Shown: one piece after another, positions 7,856 through 17,751 of the stretch
How the letters are laid out: every line of letters begins with the position of its first letter
Position numbering within the stretch: position 1 is the stretch's first letter
From: a virus
Strand: one strand, 5' to 3'
Virus record (IMG/VR): IMGVR_UViG_3300027976_000006
Coordinates: 32,001 to 96,000 of that record
DNA length: 64,000 bases
Program-made: the position numbers and the translations under genes
Notes under the pieces: model-generated
The model's input: only the letters and a program-made list of their open reading frames with translations
Database searches by the model: none
What the model was told of the DNA's origin: nothing

Positions 7856-8968
7856 GTGAAAATATTAGTGTCAAGTGATTTACATCTGAGTAATCGTATT
7901 TGGAATCATCGTACCATCGAAGGTGACAGTTACTGGTCTTGGAAACAGATTGTGTCTCAGGCCATTAAACATAAGGTAGAAGCCGTAATATTGGCTGGAG
8001 ATATACTAGACAAACAAGTAAATTCGTCTGAGCCAATACAGCACCTTTTAGCAGGAGTAAGCGAATTAGCCAAAAACAATATACCTGTGTATTATACGCA
8101 AGGGCAGCACGAGTTTCAAGAAACTCCTTGGTTAAAGGCTGCCGCTGGAGCCGTTTGGTTACACGAGCAAACGGTGCAGTTTCGTAATTGGCAAATTGCG
8201 GGTTGTGACTACCAGAACAACGCAGAAAAATTGTTGCAATTTTTAAAAAGCGAAAAAGCATTTACTTCTCAAATACTCGTGTGTCATCAAGTGTGGGAAG
8301 ACTTCATGGGGGAGCTGGCTAAACCACAAGGGTGTTTTGGGGATATTCCATTTAATGTGAAGTATCTTATCACTGGTGATTACCACAAAAATCTTATACA
8401 CAAGCACGGTAATCTAACCGTATTAAGCCCCGGCAGCACACATATGCGCAACATTACAGAACCGGAGGATAAAGCAATTTTTTTAATTGAAGACGATCCC
8501 CTTGCTTTTGAACACCAATTAACAATAAAAACTTTGCCCTTGTTAACCAGAAGAAAAATAGTTGTATCCACAATTGATTGTTTTCACAAATGGGATGTCG
8601 TAAAAAGTGCAACAGCTGCTTTGATGAGGAAAGCTGCTGAATATGCGACAGCAGCTAACTTACCTGCTGAATTAATTATGCCTTTAATTTATCTAGTATA
8701 CACACCGGCTGACACGGAGCTAGTGGATAGGTTTAAACAAACTTTTGAACAAAAAGGGCATTTGTTTTTTAAGCAAATAGAATCGAAACAAGCAGAAGAT
8801 CAAGCACAAGAACAAATTCTTGCTACGGACCGCATAAGTATGCTGCAGTGCGTAGACAACTATGTAAACAAAGCGGAACAACCGTTAGTTTACGACTTGA
8901 TTGTAACTTTGTTGCAAAGTCCAGATTCTAACCAAGCATTGAAGTTATGGGTTAATTCTAACATTTAA
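7856..8968 (+). CDS. sbcD: SbcD/Mre11-like metallophosphoesterase nuclease
   Basis: SDLH, AGDILD, GQHE, GDYH, PGS motifs; adjacent to SbcC. Confidence 0.9.
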   Translation: MKILVSSDLHLSNRIWNHRTIEGDSYWSWKQIVSQAIKHKVEAVILAGDILDKQVNSSEPIQHLLAGVSELAKNNIPVYYTQGQHEFQETPWLKAAAGAVWLHEQTVQFRNWQIAGCDYQNNAEKLLQFLKSEKAFTSQILVCHQVWEDFMGELAKPQGCFGDIPFNVKYLITGDYHKNLIHKHGNLTVLSPGSTHMRNITEPEDKAIFLIEDDPLAFEHQLTIKTLPLLTRRKIVVSTIDCFHKWDVVKSATAALMRKAAEYATAANLPAELIMPLIYLVYTPADTELVDRFKQTFEQKGHLFFKQIESKQAEDQAQEQILATDRISMLQCVDNYVNKAEQPLVYDLIVTLLQSPDSNQALKLWVNSNI

Positions 8969-8978
8969 GGAGTTACAC

Positions 8979-11108
8979 GTGTACATAGAACAAGTGGAGT
9001 TAAAAAACATTGGGCCTCACCTCAGTTTAACGGTTAAGTTTGATTGTGGCTTAGTGGGTATCGTTGGAGCCAACGGGGCTGGTAAATCTACATTAGTTAA
9101 TGCAATTTACGCTGCACTAACTAACGACTTTAGCCGGCTTGGAAGTGTTAAGACTGACATTATTACGAACGGGGTTAAAGGAGAAAGCTACATACGCGTA
9201 GAGGGAAAACATCAAAATCAATCTTTTGTTATAACTAGGTGGCTTCATCCCAATAAGAATGAGTTTAAAATCGGGAAAGCCGTATTTGAAAAAACAACAG
9301 ATGTTAATGAAGCGGTAATGACTTACCTGAATATTAGCAAAACTGTAATTGATAAGTATGTATTCGTAGCACAATGGGAAATGTTTAATTTTCTAGACCA
9401 AACGGCGAGCGAGCGGGCAAAGACCTTTCAGTACTTGTGTGGTACGGAGTCAGCTTCTAGCCTGCACAAAACCTGTTTAGACTATGTGACGAAGCAGCAA
9501 GGAATTGAGGTAATAGACAACCGCAACGAACTGGAAGAGTCATTAAACGAAGCCCAAGTGGCCATAGCACGGCATCGCGCAACAGGGCAAGCAGCTAAAG
9601 TGCATATAATGGCAGAAGAAAAGTTAGAAGCGGGAAAAAAGTTGTTAGCGAGTTACGGGTTAGGCAAAGAAGCTCAAACCCAATTGGTTAAGACTATTAT
9701 AAAAATTGAGGCATTGGAAAACTGTTTAGCTCGGTTTCAAAAAAGTCAATCTAAAGTTAAATTTGTCCGGCGCAAAGACTGGCAAGCCAAATTTAAAGGC
9801 AGGGTAATTGCTGCCCAGCAATTGTTAACTAGATTTGAAGATCATAGACTTGCACACATAGAATTTTTAGAAAAAGCTAAAGAGTACAAAGTCTATGCGC
9901 ATGGAGTTGAAATCCTACAAAGGCGTAAACCGTTAGCTCCCCCGCATTATGTTGGTTTAGAAGAACAAAAACTTCTTACTAAACAGCGGCATGGACTTGA
10001 GTTTCAATTAAAACAAATTGTAAGTTTGGATTCGCATGAACGCTATTGCACGCAGTGTCACCAAGCGATACCGGAAGAACACATCGCAAACATTAAAGCT
10101 AGTAATGAAAAAAGAAAAAGCGATCTTGCTCACGTTGTGCACATTTTAGACATTTGTGAATCGCACGATACCCGCATGTCTGAGTATTTAGTCGGGATGA
10201 AAGCATGCGAGAATATTTGTGCTAGGGTGCAAAATGAATTAACTGTTGCAAAAGAAACGATGGATTTGATTGTTGCAGATTTAAAAGGATTTAATGCAGA
10301 ACACAAAGACGAGGCAACAAGATTAAGAGCTAAGAATTCTATTGTAGAACAGCAATTAGTTCATTACGGTGCAGAGGTCAATAAAGAAGAACAACGCATT
10401 CTAGGCCTACAGGGTGAGCTTAAAAGCAACTTAGAGCAGCAAGTTGTGTTACAACAACAAGTAAATAGGATGCCGAGTGTTACGAAAGTAGCAGGTATGA
10501 CTGCAGAATTAGGTAAACACGAAGAATCTTTGCTTGTATGGCAGCAAGCATTAGGTGGTCATCAAGAAGCCAAACGGTCTAAGTTCCGCATTTTAGCGAA
10601 TTTAGAGCAGCTTACAGCTAGGCTAGCAGCGCACGAAAAAACTCGTAAATTGTTAGACATTGTTAGTACAGCCGGTGATGTGTTTCATTGGAACAACTTA
10701 CCTAAAATGGTTTCTCAGGCTAACCTTCAACTTTTAGTTGGAGACATTAATTCTAATCTGCAGTTGTTTAGCAACCCGTTTTTTGTGGAAGCGGATGAAG
10801 ATTTAACCTTTAAAGTTTTCTTCGCAGGGCAAGAAGCAGTTAAAGCGAAGCAGCTTAGTGGCGGGCAAAAAGTTATTCTTTCTATAGCTTTTCGTGCTGC
10901 TTTAGACCGAGTTTTTGGGCATAATATTGGTATGATGTTCTTAGATGAACCGACTTCGGGCCTAGATTCGGACAACGTGAGTTTCTTTAAAGAAGCATTA
11001 CAGCGCTTAACACAGAAAGTCGGAAAAGAACATCAGCTGATTGTAATTACGCACGTTCAAGAACTAGGAAAAGTTTTTGACCAGTTGATCGAGATAAAAA
11101 AAGGATAA
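8979..11108 (+). CDS. sbcC: SbcC/Rad50-like SMC ATPase
   Basis: GANGAGKS, coiled coil with CTQC hook, LSGGQ, FLDEPT, ITH. Confidence 0.93.
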   Translation: MYIEQVELKNIGPHLSLTVKFDCGLVGIVGANGAGKSTLVNAIYAALTNDFSRLGSVKTDIITNGVKGESYIRVEGKHQNQSFVITRWLHPNKNEFKIGKAVFEKTTDVNEAVMTYLNISKTVIDKYVFVAQWEMFNFLDQTASERAKTFQYLCGTESASSLHKTCLDYVTKQQGIEVIDNRNELEESLNEAQVAIARHRATGQAAKVHIMAEEKLEAGKKLLASYGLGKEAQTQLVKTIIKIEALENCLARFQKSQSKVKFVRRKDWQAKFKGRVIAAQQLLTRFEDHRLAHIEFLEKAKEYKVYAHGVEILQRRKPLAPPHYVGLEEQKLLTKQRHGLEFQLKQIVSLDSHERYCTQCHQAIPEEHIANIKASNEKRKSDLAHVVHILDICESHDTRMSEYLVGMKACENICARVQNELTVAKETMDLIVADLKGFNAEHKDEATRLRAKNSIVEQQLVHYGAEVNKEEQRILGLQGELKSNLEQQVVLQQQVNRMPSVTKVAGMTAELGKHEESLLVWQQALGGHQEAKRSKFRILANLEQLTARLAAHEKTRKLLDIVSTAGDVFHWNNLPKMVSQANLQLLVGDINSNLQLFSNPFFVEADEDLTFKVFFAGQEAVKAKQLSGGQKVILSIAFRAALDRVFGHNIGMMFLDEPTSGLDSDNVSFFKEALQRLTQKVGKEHQLIVITHVQELGKVFDQLIEIKKG

Positions 11109-11111
11109 GTT

Positions 11112-11999
11112 TTGTTACAGCAATTTAATACTTGTTTTCATGTGGATTGTGATGGAACTACTTGGGTTACTACTCCAGAAGGTATACCTACGCAAGTGCT
11201 TGATACATATCGGCCTAGTAACTTAGTGGCTACTATTTATCGTGTTGTAGGTATACCTCGTAATTACAAACTTATTATTTCTTTATATTTGTCTTTAGTT
11301 AACAAAGAAATAAAAGGTAGTTTGCTGGTAGGGCATCCTCGAATATGCCATCGGTATCAAGACTCAAGTTTACAATTGTTAAATTGCATTTCTGTAATTA
11401 ATCCGCACGACAATTTACCCCATACTTGGCACAGCGTAGACAGTACAAGTTATCGTAATTTTTTGTTACTGCAGCTTAAGCAAGATCCGCTTTGCGACTC
11501 ATCTGCAAAATTGCGGGATAGGTTACAACACTGTTATTTTCTTCATATTACTTACCCATTTTGGCGGTTTTTAAAAATAGACACTTGTGTTGATTTAGTA
11601 TTAGGAATAATTTCTGCAATAGCTGACCCTCGTTGGTACTTTAATGTAGATCATCCGAACAGATTAACACGGCTAGACGATTATTTCGGTTTATTGGTTT
11701 TTGCAAAGTTTTGGAATTTGTACGAAAGAAAAGAAATAAAAAAATTCAGCAAGGAAGAAAGTCGAACATATTTATTAGCGGAAGCAATAAAAGCACTACC
11801 TTCCGATAGCCCAATTTTGTTGGATTTAACTTGTGATAGAGCCAATATGCAAGACATGCGGCGTGCTTGTCGAATGCTACTACACTTTATTGTTCGCAAC
11901 TGGTTGGCGGGCAGTAGGCAGCACGCTGAGTTTGACCCGCATATGTTTTTTCAAAACAAGGCAGTTAAAGATAGTTTTTTAAAGCAATTTGGAGAATAG
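11112..11999 (+). CDS. Protein with IS110-C-terminal/Nop-like domain (divergent)
   Basis: YPFWRFL...IISAIADPRWY...RLDDYFGL and C-terminal RRACRMLLHFIVRNW resemble the IS110/Nop pattern. Confidence 0.45.
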   Translation: MLQQFNTCFHVDCDGTTWVTTPEGIPTQVLDTYRPSNLVATIYRVVGIPRNYKLIISLYLSLVNKEIKGSLLVGHPRICHRYQDSSLQLLNCISVINPHDNLPHTWHSVDSTSYRNFLLLQLKQDPLCDSSAKLRDRLQHCYFLHITYPFWRFLKIDTCVDLVLGIISAIADPRWYFNVDHPNRLTRLDDYFGLLVFAKFWNLYERKEIKKFSKEESRTYLLAEAIKALPSDSPILLDLTCDRANMQDMRRACRMLLHFIVRNWLAGSRQHAEFDPHMFFQNKAVKDSFLKQFGE

Positions 12000-12001
12000 T
12001 T

Positions 12002-12499
12002 ATGCGCGAATTGTCTGTTCGTATCAGGTTTACAACCCCGAGTTTAGGTAATGAAAAAGAAAAAGAAACAGGTCGTTTTCAGTTTCAAAGAAGCCACGGA
12101 AAAGACGGTAAAATTTTATTTTTAGCTACCTGGCATCATTCTAATATGAAGTTGGCCGCAGAAATGCTAGGGAGGCATCAAGAATTAGTTAAACAGATTT
12201 GTTGGGACATAGGGCTTGATGCTGAGATTCGAGATAAATGTTTAACTCGTTGTTTTTACCAGAAATCTGTAAATGGGCGGGAGCGCTGGTCGTTGCATGA
12301 ATCAATTATGGCCAACCAGACGGTTGTGATTAACTGTGTAGTGCCCTCTGCAATTGACGAACAAGATTTTTGGACGTTGATGCAAATTGCGGGTAAGTAT
12401 AAAGGTTTGTCTCCGTGGCAGCCGGGCAAATACGGGCACTATGAGGTTGTAAGCATACAGCAACGAAGGCATACTCAAACAAACATTTTAGACGATTAA
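12002..12499 (+). CDS. Stand-alone RAMP-superfamily (Cas7/Csm3-like) protein
   Basis: N-terminal VRIRFTTPSLG, F-x-R...DG, HESI strand, C-terminal Gly-rich loop AGKYKGLSPWQPGKYGHYEV. Confidence 0.65.
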   Translation: MRELSVRIRFTTPSLGNEKEKETGRFQFQRSHGKDGKILFLATWHHSNMKLAAEMLGRHQELVKQICWDIGLDAEIRDKCLTRCFYQKSVNGRERWSLHESIMANQTVVINCVVPSAIDEQDFWTLMQIAGKYKGLSPWQPGKYGHYEVVSIQQRRHTQTNILDD

Positions 12500-12504
12500 T
12501 AAAA

Positions 12505-12585
12505 CCACCGGCTAGGTGCGGAATTCCAGCCGGTGGCGACGTGTAGCGGGTGCGATTGCTTCGCCAACCCACAGTCGCATTCTAC
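12505..12585 (+). ncRNA. Candidate two-hairpin RNA downstream of the RAMP gene
   Basis: CCACCGGCT/AGCCGGTGG stem; GTAG..TGCGATTG/CAGTCGCA..CTAC stem with G-U; no U tract. Confidence 0.45.
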
Positions 12586-12623
12586 TTAATCAATACATAA
12601 ATGCAACACAATAAGGAGTTAAT

Positions 12624-14132
12624 GTGCAAGAAAAAATTGTTACGTTGTACAAAAATGGGAATACTATTTACATAGACCCAACTAGCGATTACATGTTTGA
12701 ATTGCTTAAACCAGTTTTAAGCTTTACCGAACGCAAATGTTATTTCGGTTACGAGGCAACACAACGCAAGCAGCAAAATTTAGCAGTTTTTGAATTACAG
12801 AATCATTCTCTTTTGGATGTCGATCACAAGCAGCGTATTGTAACTTTTTATGGCTTTTTTGCTTTAATTAGACAGACGCTTACTAAAGCGGGTTACACCG
12901 TGAAGTTTAAAGATCTTTCCCCCATGGCGGCTGAAAAACTAGAACCGCGATGGAAAAACATTAGTTCGTACAAATTACGGGCAAACCAAAATGAATTTTT
13001 GCAAAAGATTTTAGCTAATCGTTGTGGTAGATTTGATTGTCCCCCGGGCTTCGGTAAATCTTTTATGATTGGTTTAATCGCTGCATTGCTGCCCAAGGCA
13101 ACAATTGATGTGGTCACGAGACGAGTATCCGTGCTGCGCGACAGAATTTATCCAGAGCTGTGTCAGATGGTAGGCGATGTAGGAATTGTCGGGGGCAGCA
13201 AAAATGTAAGAAACAAACGGGTGATGTGTTACACTGTCGGTTCCCTTGGGCATAGTCCTGCTACTTCGGACTTTCTGATCGGGGACGAGTGTCACGAACT
13301 CTCTGCGGACAAAGCGGCTGGAGAATTAGTTCGGTGGCAAAACAGTCGAAATTTCGGGTTATCCGCTAGCCATGATCTTCGTTGGGATGGCAAAGATTTT
13401 AGAAATCTCGGTTTGTTCGGTCCCGTCATCTTTAAAGTAAATTACGCGCAAGCACAATCTGCAAATATGGTAGTCCCCATCCATGTGAAATGGACATCTG
13501 TAGTAATGGACCAAGACCCTTGCATGGATGCCGCAGATATACAGAAGAAACGACAAGGTATCTGGTGTAATGATTATCGGAATCGACGAATAGCCGAAGA
13601 TGCCCAGCGTTACGATGATAACACTCAAGTTTTAATTACGGTAGAGACTATAGAGCACGCATTAAACCTAAAAAAACAATTACCTAATTTTACTTTAGTG
13701 TACATGGAAAACGGGTTAAGCAAAAAAGATATAGAATATTACGCCCGCCGTGGGTTTTGCAAAGAAGATGAACCTTTAATGGATTTAGACCGCAGACAAA
13801 AATTAACTCAAGATTTTGAAAAAGGCGTATTAAAAAAAGTAATTTGTACCACAGTATGGAATGTTGGTGTATCGTTTAATAGCTTGGCCGTTTTAATCCG
13901 AGCTGACGGCGGTGGTAGCCCTATTAACGACATTCAAATCCCAGGCCGTGTGTCTAGAATTTCTGCAGACAAGCCTTACGGGCAAATCCACGATTATCTG
14001 GACCAGTTTAACTATACATTTAAAACTCGAGCAAAAAATCGTAGTACTTCGTATGCGCTTAATAACTGGCAACAAGATTTTCCTTCTGCTGGCTTGCAAA
14101 AGGAATACCACAGAATAACTCCAGCATTTTAG
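12624..14132 (+). CDS. Superfamily 2 DExH helicase (UvsW/XPB-like)
   Basis: PPGFGKS, DECH, SAS, QIPGRVSR. Confidence 0.9.
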   Translation: MQEKIVTLYKNGNTIYIDPTSDYMFELLKPVLSFTERKCYFGYEATQRKQQNLAVFELQNHSLLDVDHKQRIVTFYGFFALIRQTLTKAGYTVKFKDLSPMAAEKLEPRWKNISSYKLRANQNEFLQKILANRCGRFDCPPGFGKSFMIGLIAALLPKATIDVVTRRVSVLRDRIYPELCQMVGDVGIVGGSKNVRNKRVMCYTVGSLGHSPATSDFLIGDECHELSADKAAGELVRWQNSRNFGLSASHDLRWDGKDFRNLGLFGPVIFKVNYAQAQSANMVVPIHVKWTSVVMDQDPCMDAADIQKKRQGIWCNDYRNRRIAEDAQRYDDNTQVLITVETIEHALNLKKQLPNFTLVYMENGLSKKDIEYYARRGFCKEDEPLMDLDRRQKLTQDFEKGVLKKVICTTVWNVGVSFNSLAVLIRADGGGSPINDIQIPGRVSRISADKPYGQIHDYLDQFNYTFKTRAKNRSTSYALNNWQQDFPSAGLQKEYHRITPAF

Positions 14133-14171
14133 AAAATCGGGCAAACGCATTAACAGAAAGAGGGGGAAAAC

Positions 14172-14945
14172 ATGGAAAACAAGAATTTTAAGTTTAGTCG
14201 CCCTCCTATCCCAAATTTAAACTCGCGGCCTTCTGCTGATAGTTTTAACGAGCTTCCGGCAGAGGTACGGCTTTTTAAAGATACCTACATACAGGAAAGA
14301 CGAGTTTTGGAACGTTTTAGACAGGGTAGCAGTGTGAGTGTTTACCAACCTGCTTCAAGTTTAGATGGGAAATCTAAATTTGATTCGTTGGAAGAAAGAA
14401 AAACTACAAATCAATGGCAAGCTGTGCATAAAAAGCTAGGGCTGCTTCAGCATTTAAAGCCAACAAATTATGTACGCATTCTTTTTTATATCTTGAGAGG
14501 CAGCGCACTGACCGTACCTACTTTGAATCAGTTAGCTGCCCCTAAAACAATTGAAATGGTTCTTGATAGTTTTCAAAAAATAGAAGATGATTTACGCTGG
14601 CAGTTCATTGCAGAGAGCCAGCGAATCAAAACGGCTATCGTAATTTACCAAAAAGGCGATGGTTACTCGTTGAGCTTGGCTGTTTACTATGCACTGGCGG
14701 ACAATAGGCTAGAATTGTCTCCGTTATTTAAATATTGTATTGCTACTTCTACCTGCGAGCGTCTTCTGCAAAGCGATAAAAAAGACCCACACATTAAAAA
14801 GTTAAATAAAATAGCGAAACAATTTGAATTTTTGGCGGCGATGGATTACACTCTTTTTCCCCAACTTTATACTGCGGTGCTGGGGAAGATAATTCCAGCG
14901 GATTTTTGTGTAGCGGCGGCTGGTATAGTATCGGCTGCTCGGTGA
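14172..14945 (+). CDS. Hypothetical protein in replication block
   Basis: 257 aa, RBS present. Confidence 0.75.
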   Translation: MENKNFKFSRPPIPNLNSRPSADSFNELPAEVRLFKDTYIQERRVLERFRQGSSVSVYQPASSLDGKSKFDSLEERKTTNQWQAVHKKLGLLQHLKPTNYVRILFYILRGSALTVPTLNQLAAPKTIEMVLDSFQKIEDDLRWQFIAESQRIKTAIVIYQKGDGYSLSLAVYYALADNRLELSPLFKYCIATSTCERLLQSDKKDPHIKKLNKIAKQFEFLAAMDYTLFPQLYTAVLGKIIPADFCVAAAGIVSAAR

Positions 14946-14972
14946 CGATAAAGTAATTTTGTGCTAGAAAGG

Positions 14973-16643
14973 ATGCACATGCCAACCAACCGACAAGACA
15001 GTCGGCTGTCAGCTGCTCATCTGCGTTTATTTGTTGCAATTCTAATACAGAATGAAACAATATTTGCGCATTTTAAAAACAAGCTGACTGTCGCTCATTT
15101 TTCCGAAGAAAGCTATCAACTGCTTTATCGGGTGTTATTAAATTTTTATACTGAAAATAATAATTTGCCTAGTTTTGCCGAAATATGGGCAGATCTAGAA
15201 TCAATGTTTGAGCAAGACTCTGAAATTATTTCTGACGAGAATCGTGAAGAACTTGAAGATTTTTTATATTATGCGGCAGACCCAGACGTCTTTAGTGGGG
15301 CGCCTGCTCAAGATAAGAAGTTAGAAAACTTTGCTTTTAAGGCAGGGAAGCGTGTGCTTTTACAGGCACATTCTCGTGATTTACAATTAGCTTTACAACA
15401 AGGCGTAAAGTTGGAAGATTTGCCTTTTGTTTTGCAGCAATCCCAGTTGGAACTGGAGATTCTGAAGACGATGGGTGTTAAGAACAAGAGTGCTTTAACT
15501 TTTGATCATAATTGGGATAAACGCGATCCTAAAATTATTCGTACCACAGGTATCGGTTTTTTAGACAAGTATCTTAATGGCGGTACTTCCGCGGGTGAAG
15601 TGTACGGGCTTATGGCTCCGTACGGTACTTGCAAAACGACTTTGGCTGTTATGTTATGGTGCACGGCGGCACGCCATTGCTACGAAGAAACGCTAAATGG
15701 GGCTACGGGCAAGCATGGTATTTCCGTTTTAGTTACTTACGAAGCACCTAAGTCTCCTGAGCTTTTGCACCGTGCTTTAATGTACGCAGCAAGAGTTAGT
15801 CGTCAAAGTTTAGATAAAATGGGGGCGGATGGGCTGAGTGCACTGCTTAACGATCCGACAGCTCCTTTGGATTACGAACGAAAGCGATTTGCAAAAGAGA
15901 TTGCCGATGGCGTATTTGAGCCGGAACAAGTTAGGGTAGAAAAGTCTATAGCTTGGTTAAACAAGCATACTTTGTGTTTAGATTTTTCTGGCAGCGACGT
16001 CGAATTTCCCACAGCTGGCACAGGCGGCATTGCTGAGATTGTTCATCGCATTAAACTGGAGCTTAGGGCTCGTGATTCTTCTTGTTATTTGCATAGTGTA
16101 ATCGTGGATTATCTTGGGTTGATGGTAGACCGGGATATAACATTAGCAACAAAAGCAGGTTCGAAAGACGAAGATCATAAGACATATTCAACTGCTGTTT
16201 CCAGACTTGGGAATGAACTTTGCAAACCATTTAAATGCCACAGTTGGGTTTTTCACCAGCTTAGCGGTCTGGCTAATTCAATGCTTAGTCCTACGAAAGT
16301 TTTGCACCATACTGATGCACAAGGCAGCAAAAGCTTTGGTGCCAATCTAGATTTTTCTTTTGTAATAGGTAATCTGAACGCAGATTCAATGGGACAGATC
16401 GCCTGCACAAAGCACAGGCGTAACCGTAGAATGATTCCCAGCATTATACGGGTAGACGGTGAATTTAATTTGGTGACGGCACCTGACAATTATCACATAG
16501 ATAGTCGGGGAGAAATCGTAGAAAAATCTACTTTATCAGACGCAGGTGGCGGCGGAAATGTCAGTTCGCATGGTGACATTCCAGCTCAACTGAGTTTGCC
16601 AGTTGCAGCCGGCTCTGAAAACATAGACATGGATGAATACTAA
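14973..16643 (+). CDS. DnaB-like replicative helicase
   Basis: TGIGFLDKYLNGG, APYGTCKT, VTYE, IVDYLG, HQL; next to primase. Confidence 0.8.
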   Translation: MHMPTNRQDSRLSAAHLRLFVAILIQNETIFAHFKNKLTVAHFSEESYQLLYRVLLNFYTENNNLPSFAEIWADLESMFEQDSEIISDENREELEDFLYYAADPDVFSGAPAQDKKLENFAFKAGKRVLLQAHSRDLQLALQQGVKLEDLPFVLQQSQLELEILKTMGVKNKSALTFDHNWDKRDPKIIRTTGIGFLDKYLNGGTSAGEVYGLMAPYGTCKTTLAVMLWCTAARHCYEETLNGATGKHGISVLVTYEAPKSPELLHRALMYAARVSRQSLDKMGADGLSALLNDPTAPLDYERKRFAKEIADGVFEPEQVRVEKSIAWLNKHTLCLDFSGSDVEFPTAGTGGIAEIVHRIKLELRARDSSCYLHSVIVDYLGLMVDRDITLATKAGSKDEDHKTYSTAVSRLGNELCKPFKCHSWVFHQLSGLANSMLSPTKVLHHTDAQGSKSFGANLDFSFVIGNLNADSMGQIACTKHRRNRRMIPSIIRVDGEFNLVTAPDNYHIDSRGEIVEKSTLSDAGGGGNVSSHGDIPAQLSLPVAAGSENIDMDEY

Positions 16644-16666
16644 TTTACAACATTAACGAGGAGCCA

Positions 16667-17749
16667 ATGGACAATGCTGAAAAGAACGCATTAAATCGTG
16701 CTTTGTTTCGTAGGTGTAAAGCCGTTTTTGGTAATGTGCGTATTGCACATTCCGGAGAAAAACAATTACGAAAATCAAGTGTTGATTTGATCACGGGAAA
16801 ACCGATAGAAGTGATTACACATTCTGGTGAATACTATGCCGTATGCTGCCCTTTTTGTAACGATACTCGCTTTCGTTGTTACATAAATCACAGATACGGC
16901 ACAGATAATAGTTGGGGTCGCCCTCAATTAAATCTTGCTATCTGTTTTAACGGAGGTTGTCCCCTCTCGCTTAAGGAGGCGGAGACTTATCAAAAGTTAG
17001 AACAAATGCTGGTAGGTCATCACTTACTAGATTTACGCAAGGTTCAAATAAAGGAAGGAAAACCAGTTGATTTAACTAAAATAAGAACAAGTTGGCCGGG
17101 TAAAGTTACTCGAATTGATAAACTGCCTTCCAGTCACGAAGCCAACCTGTATCTAGAAAGTCGAGGTTTTGACCCCGAGAAGATTGGTAGGTTTTACAAT
17201 GTGCATTGGTGTTACGAAAGCGATAAGTACATTTGTAGAAATCGATTAATTATTCCCATTTATCACGACATGCAGATGGTTGGTTGGCAAGCTAGGGCTG
17301 CTTTTGAAACAGATTGGAAAAAATCTAGTTTGCCTAAGTATTACACAGCGCCGGGAACTCCAAAACGAAATATTCTTTACAACTTGGGAAATGCAGAGCA
17401 GTACGAAGTAGGTATTATTGTGGAAGGTGTAACGGATGTTTGGCGTGTAGGGCCGCAAGCTGTATGTACTCTCGGTGCTAGCTTAACGGCAGGGCAACAA
17501 ACTTTGTTTAGGCAACGTTTTAAAGATTATGCGGGAGTATTGGTTTTTGACCCGGATGTTAAAGACAAACTCGCATTAAAAGTAAAAGAGATAGAAACAG
17601 ATTTGAACGAACATTTAAAATCCGGATTTTGCAGCGTGCAACTTCCTACCGGTACTGACCCTGGTTCCTTAGACCGAGCAATGCTTCGTGAGTATATTAC
17701 AAAGCAGGCAAAGGATAAGGGCGTAATTATTTCTTGGAGGAAAAGGTAG
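16667..17749 (+). CDS. DNA primase (zinc finger + TOPRIM)
   Basis: CCPFCND, RLIIPI, GWQAR, KY, IVEGVTD, FDPD, DPG. Confidence 0.88.
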   Translation: MDNAEKNALNRALFRRCKAVFGNVRIAHSGEKQLRKSSVDLITGKPIEVITHSGEYYAVCCPFCNDTRFRCYINHRYGTDNSWGRPQLNLAICFNGGCPLSLKEAETYQKLEQMLVGHHLLDLRKVQIKEGKPVDLTKIRTSWPGKVTRIDKLPSSHEANLYLESRGFDPEKIGRFYNVHWCYESDKYICRNRLIIPIYHDMQMVGWQARAAFETDWKKSSLPKYYTAPGTPKRNILYNLGNAEQYEVGIIVEGVTDVWRVGPQAVCTLGASLTAGQQTLFRQRFKDYAGVLVFDPDVKDKLALKVKEIETDLNEHLKSGFCSVQLPTGTDPGSLDRAMLREYITKQAKDKGVIISWRKR

Positions 17750-17751
17750 AA

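Noticed and set aside
11112-11999. Active IS110 insertion sequence
   Set aside because: No non-coding ends (2-3 nt gaps to neighbours) and catalytic motifs not evident
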